Below, piece after piece: positions 26,754 through 38,158 of a stretch of DNA of 64,000 bases. Both the position numbers and the translations under genes were made by a program. The number at the start of each line of letters is the position of its first letter. Positions within the stretch are counted from its first letter, which is position 1. Under the pieces are notes generated by a model that saw only the letters and a list, made by a program, of their open reading frames with translations, had not been told where the DNA came from and ran no database searches. The DNA is from Lytechinus pictus (lineage: Eukaryota): contig NC_087255.1 of the NCBI RefSeq assembly GCF_037042905.1, positions 21,018,001 through 21,082,000 of the forward strand, written 5' to 3'.

Positions 26754-26922
26754 CTGACGACAGATCCAGGTCTTCTGTATTAGGCAAGTTTGCTTGCACT
26801 TTCTTGTTGCTTTCTTTTGGCGTTCTGGCAGGATCACGATATCTGACGTTCCTTAGCCGCATTTCAATGTAACCTGATGAATCTTTTGTTTTGTTTTGGC
26901 TTGCTGGAGTGAACCAGGTCAA
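26754..26922 (-). CDS. Transposon gene exon C (LTWFTPASQ...SSGYIEMRLRNVRYRD...DLSS)
   Basis: tttaaag| ... CAG|gtaagg; 169 bp, phase 0 to 1. Confidence 0.8.
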
Positions 26923-27349
26923 CTTTAAAGTAAAAGAGTAAAAAAAGTAAAACAAAACTATTGAATTTTAGAAGTAGAGATCACTGTTCATAAGAATTTG
27001 TATTACCCTTTGGGGTAACTGTACGGTCAATCAGATTTACCTTAATAAAGGCTTGCCCAATCTGAGACAATAACGTACTTTCAATGATTTAAGCATTTAG
27101 ACTTTCAGTTGTATCAAGTTTCATCCACTTTTGTCTGGTTGAGTAAATAATAACCTGCTGCAGATAACGTGTTCAGGGGGTCATTTAGCATTAGCTGATA
27201 TTAAGTATAAACAATGGTTATCTTGGTCATCATGAGCCTAAAGTCAATGATGAACATGGCTTGTAAATGGGTGATCCTATCTTTAACAAGTAACAATGTT
27301 ACACACAATTTATCTAGCCATGAACTAACATAATGAACTCAAAACTTAC

Positions 27350-27434
27350 GTAAGCATCATGATCATCATTGTCCAACGCAGGAAACTGGGTAACAATGCA
27401 TTTTGCCATTGCCAATTTTTGCTCTGTTTTAGGC
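27350..27434 (-). CDS. Transposon gene exon B (WPKTEQKLAMAKCIVTQFPALDNDDHDAY)
   Basis: ctaaag| ... TAC|gtaagt; 85 bp, phase 2 to 0. Confidence 0.78.
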
Positions 27435-28299
27435 CTTTAGAAAAATGAAAATTGAATGTTTAAGAATATTGTTTTAAAAGGCTATATATATTAGAGATTA
27501 AATGCAATTCTTTGCAGGGAATAAATTACCTAGTATCGCATCGCAATTTGCTTTGCTTTTTTGCAGGGCTGCTACACAAAATTTACTTTGTGTCACAATT
27601 TTTTTTCCATGGGATTGTACATAATTTGTTTTAAATATTTTCCCATCTCCAAAAATTTCTAATCAAATCTGGGAAGCAAAATTATTCCCTGCTTTGAATT
27701 GTAGTCTGATGAATTTCTGCTTCATTGGTGATCTGCTTTGAGAATATCCTTTATATAGCAAAATTTTGATCCACCCATTTTCTGATTTTAGTAATTCCAA
27801 ACTCCCATCCTTTAATAAAGCAGACAAACAGTGCAAGGTGTATGTATCACACCAAACTATTTCCAAGCACCTGCATAATACACATGTAATGTCAGCTCAT
27901 TGCATGTATTTGTTATGTAAATGTGATAAACAATTCAAAAGCTGTGTTTAAATATCAACACACAAGTTTCAATTATGCCATGAAAATGTAAAAAAATATA
28001 AATTTATGTGAAATTTGTTAGATAAGATTACATGTATACAATTTTTATACCAAGTGTCTGGTTATTTCTGGTATGCAATGCACCAGTTAAGTTGATAATT
28101 AACTTTTGTGTCATCTACAAGAGAAAGGGATTGCTTTTGAAATGGTATGTATGTGTCTGTGGTCAAACTTTTAATCCTTGACATCTATTTGATCACTGGA
28201 GTCAATTGGTAAGGCAAATAAGCAAATAAACTACCACATAGTATAGCACATCTAAATACGCTAGCATTTCCTTTTTCTGCTCATAGGATTTTAGCTTAC

Positions 28300-28439
28300 C
28301 ACTTTGTATATGTCTCTATCAGGTGTGAGACCAATGTGTTCACTATCAATTTTCGTGAATTGTAGCTGATGCACCCTTCCTCCATCTCCTTTATAAGCTC
28401 CTCCCCCTCTCTCCGTTTGGACAAGATGGCTCGTATGTC
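28300..28439 (-). CDS. Transposon gene exon A (DIRAILSKRREGEELIKEMEEGCISYNSRKLIVNTLVSHLIETYTK)
   Basis: ctgcag| ... TG|gtaagc; 140 bp, phase 0 to 2. Confidence 0.75.
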
Positions 28440-31400
28440 CTGCAGATCAGAAGTGATTACAAAGAAAGGTCATAAGTGGATGCTTTAAGTGATCCATGTA
28501 TGTGCCGGGGCCTTCACATCTAGAATATGAGAGAGATACTATAGGAACAGGAACAAACAAGGAGCCTAGCTAGTACATTTTTTTTCTTCATTTTGCGCCA
28601 ACAATCGTTAAATGTGGTACCATCATCCAAATCGATAGTTTCTGGGATTGTTTTCATACCTTTTTTTTAAATTAATTTCATATTTTTCTAAAAAACAGCC
28701 AACATGTTCTTAGGTCATAATTCAATTACATAGGGATATCACAGAGCACAAGAAAGGATCACCAGTCGTTCGTAAAGTCATTCGTATCTTACGAACAGCT
28801 TTATGAAACACCCACCAGGTGACTTCAAACTTTTTGATCATCAAAATGTCATTTTAATACTCCTTGGGTATAAATTTTTCTAAAATTTAACTCTTGGGCG
28901 ATTATGAGACACATTTCTTTTTTATTTAAATTTTTTCCCCTCAAATAGAGCTCAAACTAAATTTCTATCTGATTTAATTTGACATGATAGACTAGAGCTG
29001 AATTAAGAAGCACTCATACAGGAATGTTAATTATTTGTCTCTGGAGACATAAGAACATTTATAAGATGGAAACTATCCCCTCTAATTTCATAATTTTTTC
29101 GATTTTGAGAAAACCATTAGAGTGGTGGGTTTGTATGTTGCTGCTGTTTCTACAACATAAAAAATCAATAGGTGTGGGTAAAAAATACAGTTGTCTATAA
29201 GGCAAGGGCAATAATGGAACTTGTAAACATAAAACTGGCAACGAGTTCTCAAGCTTTAAAATGGGCCAAAAATTAGTTTAAAAAAATCAGTTCTTTGAGC
29301 CCCTATTTTGGTGCCTTTCCATTCTTTAAGCCCCTATTTTCAGCCCTGCGAATCTCACACCCATACCAAAACAAAAGTTTAGTACCCCTCCCCCCCCCCC
29401 CCCCGATCGATATTTGCTCTTGGAACCAAATTATGTCTCACATATATGAAATTCTTGTAGGCCTACATGGCATTATAAGCTTAGTGTTCAAAAATAAAAA
29501 TTCCAGGGGAATTCGTCCCCTCCCCCCCCCCCCCCCCTTAGTACTGCCACTGCTGAAAAATGTCTCTGGAGTGGCTTCTGACATGACTTGCCGCGATAAA
29601 TTGCTCTGACTTAACCCATTTTAGATGTGCCACTGAGCGAAATCATGCACGCTCGCTTTAAAAGACAATATCTGATCTGATTTTGTAGGCACACAATATT
29701 TCATTTCCAGTAATTTTTCAACAAACCCCCCCCCAAAAAAAAAAAAACACATTTTAAGGCCAAGTAAAACAAAAAAAAATGGTTCTCTTCTGGTTTTTGG
29801 AAAAATAGGAGGGGCTCTTTGTTTTTTATTGAATTAATTTCTGAATACCTACGGTTTATAGCACTATATTTTCAATATGCGGTGCCCCCCAAAAAGATGG
29901 AGGCCTTTTTATTTTCTTGTTTCAAACATCTTTATAAAACAAGTTATATGGCCTTGGGAATTAAAGTTCCGGGGAGGGGAGGTAGTAGACTTGCATCTTT
30001 TTGAAATCACACAGGGCTTTATTTTTGTTCATTATCAGATCACTTATATAATATTCTGAGAAAATAAAAAAGTCCTGAATACAAAGTCTGTTGCAATTAG
30101 AATTTGTTGAAATACATGTAAATATATGCAAATGTCTCTAATTTCCCCCCTCGATCGGATTTGTTCTTTTTTACTAGCCCTGACAATATACATATCGGTC
30201 ATATCAGACCAGCAAACTAAGCTAATTGCCTGACAGTGACTTTTACTGGTAAGGCCAAGTAAAATCAATTCCTAGTTTCTCGTCCGGATTTTTCGAAAAT
30301 GAGGAGGGGGTTCCATGTTATTTATTTGATATTTGATTTTTTTTAATACACAAAAATGCTATTGGGTCAACTTCAACACATTCTTCACAAATTTAGTAAC
30401 ACTTGTACTACACTACAGAGGATCGAAACAAGGTGTAATTGCATATTAATGTTTTTTGGTATATCATTGTCTAGAAGTCCTCATATTTTTATTCATATCA
30501 TTTCAGAACAAAAATATCAAATAACAAAGCAATTAAGGCGGCCCCAAAAAAAGGAAGGAGGGGACGAGAAAAAAAATTGAAATTATTTTTATTTGGCCTC
30601 ATCTGACCACCTGACAGGTGTGTGTCAAGCCCTTTTTTTGGGGGGGTGGTCTACATATGTGACCTACTATCTCAAAAGCCCACAATAAGTCACCTAAAAT
30701 GAGTTTTGAAATTTTCATTGTTGAAATTCCATTATTTTAATTATATTATTCTAGAATTTACAAGACGGCTGTGCCCTTAGCCTTTAGGTGTTGACATGCG
30801 TAGTCAGTCACAACTATGTCAACAGAGAGTTTCCTTTATGATAAAAATATTGAGGCCTAATCTTAAAGATCCATAATGCTTAGAAAATGTTTCGAATCGG
30901 CTACTCTTAAAATGTGGGATAATTCATCAAAGCACATAGTAATAAAGTACTAAAATCTACAAGAAAGGCCAACTGAGAAACTCTGATTTCTGAAACGAAT
31001 TGAAATAAAATCACAGGTTTCTGGTAGGCTTTGAGTTTCCCCCTCCTGCGCTAAGCGTGGAAGCTTTGAAATTTCCTGAAATCATTAGCAAAAGAAGACA
31101 ATCTTTGTTGTGATTCTACATCTGCCCTTTCCCTAACTTCTCTTACTTTTTCATTTTTTTTTCTCTCTCCCCCTTTCTCCCTCTCTCCTTTTTTTGTTTT
31201 TTTTTTGGGGGGTGACTGCCCCAACCCCCCCAGCTACATGCCTGGTAGTTATGACACTGATGGCTAGTTTTATCTCAATGTCAATCTTGACACTTTGCCA
31301 AAGACTCTCTTTGCATGCATATAATATAGGCCTAGGCCTACATAAAAAAACTAGAAATATCACTATCAGTGATTAATAATACTACCCCCGCCAGCAGCGC

Positions 31401-31569
31401 TCTACCTACATAAAAAATAATATCCCACTATAATAACCCCAAAAAGAAAAGAAAAAATGAAATATTTTGAAGTCTATCAGTTAGGGCAAAAACTATGCAT
31501 CATCAGATATATCAAAGAATGACATTTCACTGAGAATCCAATCAACAGTGCAACCTTCTTTTTTTTTAA

Positions 31570-32442
31570 CTATTAGGCCTATATCTTGCACTTCTTCATA
31601 TCACTATGGACCCATGCACCGAATTTCAAATCAATTGGTCAAAAAATGAGGGAGTAGTATGATCCACAAGATTTTTGCACCAATTTTATTTTAAAATGTT
31701 GTTGCCATGGCAACGCAATTCTCGACTTTGACGAAAATTATATCTTGCACTTATATTTTATACACATCAATATGGACTTAATGTTCCAAATTTCAAATTA
31801 ATTGGTCCTTAACTGAGGGAGTAGTATGATCCACAAAAATTTTGCACAAATTTCATTCAAAAAATGCTGTTGCCATGGCAACACGATTCTCGACTCTGAC
31901 GAAAAATATATCTTGAATTTTTATACATCATTATGGACCTATGTAAGCCTACTAGCCTAATTAAAAATTCAGGTCAATTGATCAAAAACTGAGGAAGGAG
32001 TTAGATCCACAAATTTTTTGCATGAATTTCATTCAAAAAATGCTGTTGCCACGCGGCAACGCAATTCTCAACTTTGATGAACAATATATCTTGCACTTCT
32101 ATACATCATTATGGACCTATGTAGGCCTACTAAATTTCAGGTCAATTGATCAAAAACTGAGGGAGGAGTTAGATCCACAAGATTTTTGCATGAATTTCAC
32201 TCAAAAAATGCTGTTGCCATGGCAACGCATTTCCCGACTTTGACGAAAAATATATCTTGCACTTCTACATATCATTATGGACCCATGTATTAAATTTCAA
32301 GTCAATTGATCAAAAACTGAGGGAGTTTGATCCACAAGATTCTGCAACGGACCGCCCGCCCGCCCGGCCACACGGTGATTCCTATATAGGGCCTAGGCCT
32401 ACCCCCTTACAGTTACACACCTTGTGTGTGGCGGGGGTATAA
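31570..32442 (+). mobile_element. Helentron/HINE(DINE-1)-like element with a roughly 170-bp tandem array (about 4.5 units)
   Basis: Units recur at 168/176/168 bp spacing, followed by (CCGC)n, GGTGATTCCTATATA and a terminal hairpin TACCCCC..ACACAC..GTGTGT..GGGGGTATAA. The classification rests on recalled HINE end architecture. Confidence 0.7.
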
Positions 32443-33593
32443 AAAATCAGTAGTAGGCCTAAGTTAGGCCTACTAGGCCTAGGCTATAGCTACCTTCAAG
32501 ACAGTGAAGCCATAACTTAGGCATTCATTGAAAAAAAATTGAATATCAAATACTAAAGTTAGGCCTAGGCCTAAACTAAGTTTGGGCCTAGGCTAGGCTA
32601 GGGCTAGGCCTTGATCTAGTCTAGCCTTGGCCTGGGTCAGGGCCCAGGCCTAGTATGAAATGAGGTTTGGAATAAAAATATGCTTCTTGACATTTTTGTG
32701 CATGAGATCGCTGAATACCTTAGCCTTCAGGGCCTATACAATCCACGCTTCATGAATATACTCGTAATGTAGATAGATCTAGGCCCCGCCGGGATCTAAC
32801 ACTATAACAGTTAGGCCTATAGCTAGGCCTACATGGGTCTGCCTTGTTTTGCCTTGCCTTGCTCAAGACGACTCGACATGCTATTGCTAACCATAACTTA
32901 CTAGGCCTAGTAGGCCTAAAGTTAGGCCTAATACTAGTTAGATAGGCCTAACGTTAGACCTAAGGTAGGCCTAGCCTAGCCCAACTTCCAAGCCTAACTT
33001 ACTCGAGTTCCATTTGCTGTCTTATGACTGAGACTGCTAGTGCTAGCCGCGAGACCAGGGCCAGGGCCAGGCCCAGGGGTGAACATCATAAAACAACATC
33101 AATTCCAGACTAATCATTGTGCAAACTGCATGCAGACTGTCGAATGCAGTAGGCTAAGGCTAAGCTACCGTACATCAATCATATTCATAACGTATGTGCA
33201 TCGAGTAGCATCGCAGTGATCGTACATGACATTTTGTGAGTTGCATTGACATTTTGTGAGTTGCATTTTGACCGAAAATCGTATGATGGCACTGTTGCAG
33301 ATACAAGAAATTTGTTCAAGAGAATAGAGCATATTAATACATATAAAAATAAAACTACTTCACCGACAAAATCATGTAATATCTTACAGATTAAACTGGA
33401 TAACTTACCGCGGTATACACTCATGATATGGCGACTGATTTCAAATGATCGTCTGCGCTGCGCTGCGCTAGCTGCGCGCGCGGCCGGCGCGGTGACGTCA
33501 GTCAACAAGTTTGACCAATGAAATGTTTCATCGAAGACAACGTCATTTTGAAGAGAATACGTATCAAAAATTTTCAGCATCCACGTCATTTTG

Positions 33594-34182
33594 TCGGGGG
33601 GGGGGGGGGGGGGGGCACTCAACTTTGGGTTTGGTAGGGATGTGCGGCCCCGGTTTCTGAAACGGGGGACAGGTATAACCGAGTTGACTCTGAAAAGGAG
33701 ATCTATAACCGAAGTGACCTTAAAAGCAGTGGCGGCACCAGGATTTTTAAGGGGGGGGGGGGCAAATAGGGGGCAAAACAAAATGTGGGGGGGGGGGCAA
33801 TGCCGGACAAAAAAACCCTCCCTTTTCTTTTCTTTCTCATTTTCAACCCTTTAATTTTTCACTCCGAAAATTATTGGGGGCAACTTGGAGGGGGGGGGGG
33901 GCCGGGCAAAGCTTCTGACGGGGGGGGGGGGGTCAAATGCCGTTTGAAGTTGAGAGCTATTTTTTGTCAATTGCTCTGGAAGCAAAAAAATCTGAAATTT
34001 GCTTAAAATGGCCGGGGGTCTAGATATTAAATTTCCCCCAAAAGGGATTAAGAATTTTCAAAAAGGGCTTGTGAACTAAATATTGTGCTTGAATTTATAT
34101 GGGGTCTACGGAGCGGCAGGCAATTAAGGCGTGAAGAGGGTGTTTGCGGCGGCACATTTTTTAGGTCAGTACGTGCCCCGGG
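33594..34182. mobile_element. CCCGGG-type DNA element with 7-bp TSD, nested near the CACTA right end
   Basis: CATTTTG at 33587-33593 and 34183-34189; ends TCGGGGG / CCCCGGG; contains a CAGTGGCG hAT-like end at about 33727. Confidence 0.7.
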
Positions 34183-34517
34183 CATTTTGTCATTCAAAAG
34201 GGAACGATTCTCTATTTTCATTAAATAGTCTTCTATTCAAAATATTTGACAAGGAAATCTTTTTGTTATTGTCATTCAAAATGAAACGATTCTTTTCATT
34301 TTAAATAGTTTTCTAATCATTTTGAACAGTTTTCTATTCAAAATATTTGACAAGGAAATCTTTTTATCTTTGTCATTCAAAATGAAACGATTCTTTTTCA
34401 TTTTGAACAGTTTTCTAATCATTTTGAATAGAAAACTATTCATTTTGAATAGTTTTCTATTCGAAAATATTTGACAAGGAAATCTTTTCAGAATTTGAAG
34501 AGGTTATTTTAAGAGTG

Positions 34518-34692
34518 TATATTACCCGGCTAAGCTAGGCGTTCATAGCGCACACAGCTTTTTAAGGAATTACTTCCTACCGGTACCCATTTACCTCACC
34601 TGGGTTGAGTGCAGCACATTGTGGAACAGTTTCTTGCCGAAGGAAATTACGCCATGGCTGGGATTCGAACCCACGACCCTCTGTTTCAAAGT
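34518..34692 (-). mobile_element. 5'/central part of the split SINE
   Basis: The reverse complement contains B box GGTTCGAATCC and aligns by eye with the SINE at 1483-1757 (AAACAGAGGGTCGTGGGTTC..CCATGGCG..GTGCTGCACTC..CCCAGGTGAGGT). Confidence 0.85.
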
Positions 34693-34766
34693 AATAGGGG
34701 GCCTAATTCAGAATATATTATAATTCAGAATATATTATAATATATTCTGAATTAGGCCCCCTATTA
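34692..34766. repeat. 58-bp perfect palindrome with a 17-bp internal duplication
   Basis: TAATAGGGGGCCTAATTCAGAATATATTATAA[TTCAGAATATATTATAA]TATATTCTGAATTAGGCCCCCTATTA. Confidence 0.9.
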
Positions 34767-36243
34767 GTATAGTCTTAATGTTGGGGTACGAGATGGACAC
34801 CCCCTTAATTTTGAAATCTTTACATCCATGCCCCACATAGCATCATTACTCCCAAATTATACAATGTACGTTTTCATCTTGCATTTTGAAATGCATGTAG
34901 AGGGGGGGGGGGGGGGTGCGGAGGTCACGCCGGTACGAACGGTGACTATTTTTAAAGAAAAAAAAATACCATCGTCAATAAACCTGGAACATTCAAATCG
35001 ATGCATATTTAAAAAACAAATTGTTTGTCACACATTTTTATTCCAGAGGCTCTGACATAGCAATATGTAACGCTTGCAAACTACATTCTAAAATATGGTT
35101 CAAACTAAAGTGGTATCCATGATTTCAAACACTTTTTTTTATTTTTATAGCAAACAGAGTGTGTTCAGCAAGCGATTGTGTTCATGGATAATACTTTATA
35201 AGATAATAATCACGAGATTCATTTTGGTGAAATTTTGATTTTTTTCCCCCATCGTTCAAGATCTCTCGGGTCTTAGCTACATCTCTTTTTTTCGGATTAT
35301 AATAATCACTCTCTGAAATGTCACGACCGTTCTCATGTGACCCGAGAAAAAGATTTCTAACTCAAATCTAGTCGGGGATCATGGCCCACTAGGAATTTGG
35401 GAAATCAGATGGCTATCTCACGGAGTAAGAGATTAAAAATTGAACCTACATTTTAACTCTTAATTGGATATAGATTTGCATCATGAGTTTGTTTGATTGG
35501 AAAAGATTTCCTTGGCCTTAAAAAATGAAATAAAAACACTGTTGGAATGAACGTTCATTAACGCTCAGTATTTGCAAATGGAATTTTCTGCAGTTCTTCA
35601 AACAAGGAATAAAAATAAATAATAGAACCTTTGCTCAAAGAAACGCGACAATAGTTTTTATTGGGACATGTTGGAGTTTGCTTTTCTTGCGCAACGTCGC
35701 TTTTGAATAGCGTGCTACGTCACAATAGAATGGAATGCAAAGAATGCAGCCGAGCGGATCACATGATTATGACGTCACTAATCGATATTTCGAAATACAC
35801 ACGTGTGTACATGTATTTCAAAATATATGTATTCTTGTGGAGGTACTAGACATATTATATAATTTCGTTCAGATCAAAAGAGTTCACGATTTATAAAAGG
35901 TATCATGCAAATTTGACATCACAATAGTGGTACCGCGCTGTACCAGTTTGTTATCTTTGACTTTATAATCGTCGAATAATGACATTTTAATGGGAAGCCC
36001 CTTATAAATTGGTATTACGAAAAGGTAGCTGCACGTTTACCGATCGTTTCAGAATCGCAATATTGACTTATTGCATAACCTCATTTATCCAGACGAGTCT
36101 TACAGAAAAGACTATATAGGCCTATGTATATTTTCTATGTATATATGGCCTAGCTAATAATAATGATAATAATGTTATTATATTATTCTTATTCTTGTGA
36201 TTATTATTATCATAATTATTATTATCATTAATTGTTATATAAT

Positions 36244-36456
36244 NNNNNNNNNNNNNNNNNNNNNNNNNNNNNNNNNNNNNNNNNNNNNNNNNNNNNNNNN
36301 NNNNNNNNNNNNNNNNNNNNNNNNNNNNNNNNNNNNNNNNNNNNNNNNNNNNNNNNNNNNNNNNNNNNNNNNNNNNNNNNNNNNNNNNNNNNNNNNNNNN
36401 NNNNNNNNNNNNNNNNNNNNNNNNNNNNNNNNNNNNNNNNNNNNNNNNNNNNNNNN
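36244..36456. other. Assembly gap (N) within an (ATT)n microsatellite
   Basis: Run of N flanked by ATT repeats. Confidence 1.
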
Positions 36457-37581
36457 TTGATTATCATTCACATTGCCACAAGCTCCTTTATTTAATGACC
36501 TTCACAAACTAGAAAAGGACATTGCTTTTATAATCCTCGATTTTTGTGATGATAAAACAGCTGAAAACTGTCAAAGTGGAGGTTTCTCTCTCAAGGAAAT
36601 AAAAAAAAAGCTACATTGGAGGCGGAAAGAGACAGGAAGGGGACGGTGACAGCCTGCCTACCGGGTCCAACACCCGACGGGAAACAAGGAGGTACGCTCT
36701 AACTTGCTATAGCTCAGTTGAAAACCAGACTCCATACACCGTTAATACACAATTCCTGTTATTTATTCAAAACCATACAACAAGGTTATTACGACTGATT
36801 ATGCACGTAGAGAAACGTTCATCCAGTAGAGACGGATGCGAATTATGATTTGATCGTTTGACCAGGTGCAATTATTAGACAACATGACATGGTTATTTAT
36901 GTACTTGTTGTGTAGGTCTTCACAATGTTAATAATCAATTTATTTTTTTTTTACTGTAATTTATATGAAAAAATAGAAGCAGGAGAGACAAAACTAGGTA
37001 TTGATGAAACTCATCGATTTTAGAATAGATGCTGCTGCTTGATAAAATTATAAACAAATAAAAAAATGATCATGCATATTTCCTCTGATTATAATAATAT
37101 TGCATATGTGTATTATATACAGTTCTAGATCATGTGCTTAAAATGTTCAAGACACTGAGAAAGAAAAATAAGGGGAAGAAAAGGGAGAAAGAGATAGAGG
37201 GGGGGGGGGGGGGGGGTGTGGGGCAAAAAGGACCCCCAAAAAAAATCAATGAAGAAGAAGAAGAAAAACCAACAACAAAGCAAATGCAATTTGTGAGGTT
37301 TACAAGAAAGAATCTATGTAGACCTACATGTAGAAGGGAAACACTGAGAATTACCTTCTATAAAATAATCCACATGAGGAAGAAGGAAAGTAATTTTTTT
37401 TTTTCAAGCAGACAAGAAATGCAAATTTACCCTAGCCAAGTTTCAGTTAATAATTATGTGGATGTATTTATTTTATAGCAGTGCCTGTTATACATGTAAT
37501 ACACAAAAAACACTATTTTCTATTTTTGACAAGCCTCACATCTACGATACAATAAATTTTTATACATGTACATGAAGTTAA

Positions 37582-38158
37582 AGGTCAAGTCCACCCCAGA
37601 TAAATGTTGTTTTGACTAAATAGAGAAAAATCAAACAATCATTATGCAGAAAATTTCATCAAAATCGGATGTAAAATAAGAAAGTTATGACATTTTAAAA
37701 TTTCGCTTATTTTTCACAAAACAGTGATATGCACAGCTCAGTGACATGCAGATGGGACAGTCGATGATGTCCATCACTATTTCTTTTGTTTTTTATTGTT
37801 TGAATTGTACAATATTTCATTTTTTACAGTTTTGACAATAAGGACCAACTTGATTAAATCATATAGCATTAAACAATACTAATTGCTCATGTTCAGGGAG
37901 GAATTAATCGCCAACAGGGAGAAAATTTGAATATTTCATATAATAAAATACAAAAGAAATAGTGAGCGATATCATCAGTCTCCTCATTTGCATACCTACA
38001 AAGGATGTGAATATAACTGTTTTGTGAAATTAAGCGAAACTTTAAAATGTAATAACTTTCTCATTATACATCCGATTTTGATGAAATTTTCAGTGTTATG
38101 CTTGTTGGATTTTTGTCTCTTTATTCGAATCAACTTTTTGTTGGGAGGGACTTGTCCT
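37582..38158. mobile_element. Kolobok-like MITE, TTAA TSD (copy 2)
   Basis: TTAA|AGGTCAAGTCCACCCC...GACTTGTCCT|TTAA. Confidence 0.88.

Larger units (their letters stand above)
21402..28439 (-). pseudogene. Spliced 7-exon gene inside the CACTA-like element (accessory-ORF type, SAMD3-like C-terminal region); one frameshift, 5' exon not found
   Basis: Exons 28439-28300, 27434-27350, 26922-26754, 25868-25684, 25207-25060, 23377-23243 and 21728-21402 all have canonical AG/GT boundaries. Phases match at every junction except for a +1 shift inside the 23377-23243 exon. The family assignment comes from recalled similarity to animal EnSpm-associated proteins, not from a search. Confidence 0.8.
17135..34517. 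mobile_element. 17.4-kb CACTA/EnSpm(CMC)-like DNA transposon, apparently non-autonomous
   Basis: Left end CACTCTAAAAAAAACCTCTTCA versus reverse-complemented right end CACTCTTAAAATAACCTCTTCA (22 bp, 2 mismatches). TA duplicated at 17133-34 and 34518-19. CTATTCAA/TGAATAG subterminal repeats at both ends. The two flanks rejoin into one SINE. Confidence 0.9.

Noticed and set aside
31570-32345. Regularly spaced palindromic repeats resembling a CRISPR array
   Set aside because: The whole roughly 170-bp units are homologous, so there are no unique spacers; the context is eukaryotic with no cas genes.
33185-33781. 198-aa minus-strand ORF
   Set aside because: It spans a nested repeat boundary and poly-G runs (poly-Pro) and has no recognisable domain.
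36700-36760. TAGCTCAGTTG tRNA A-box-like sequence
   Set aside because: No B box or cloverleaf follows.
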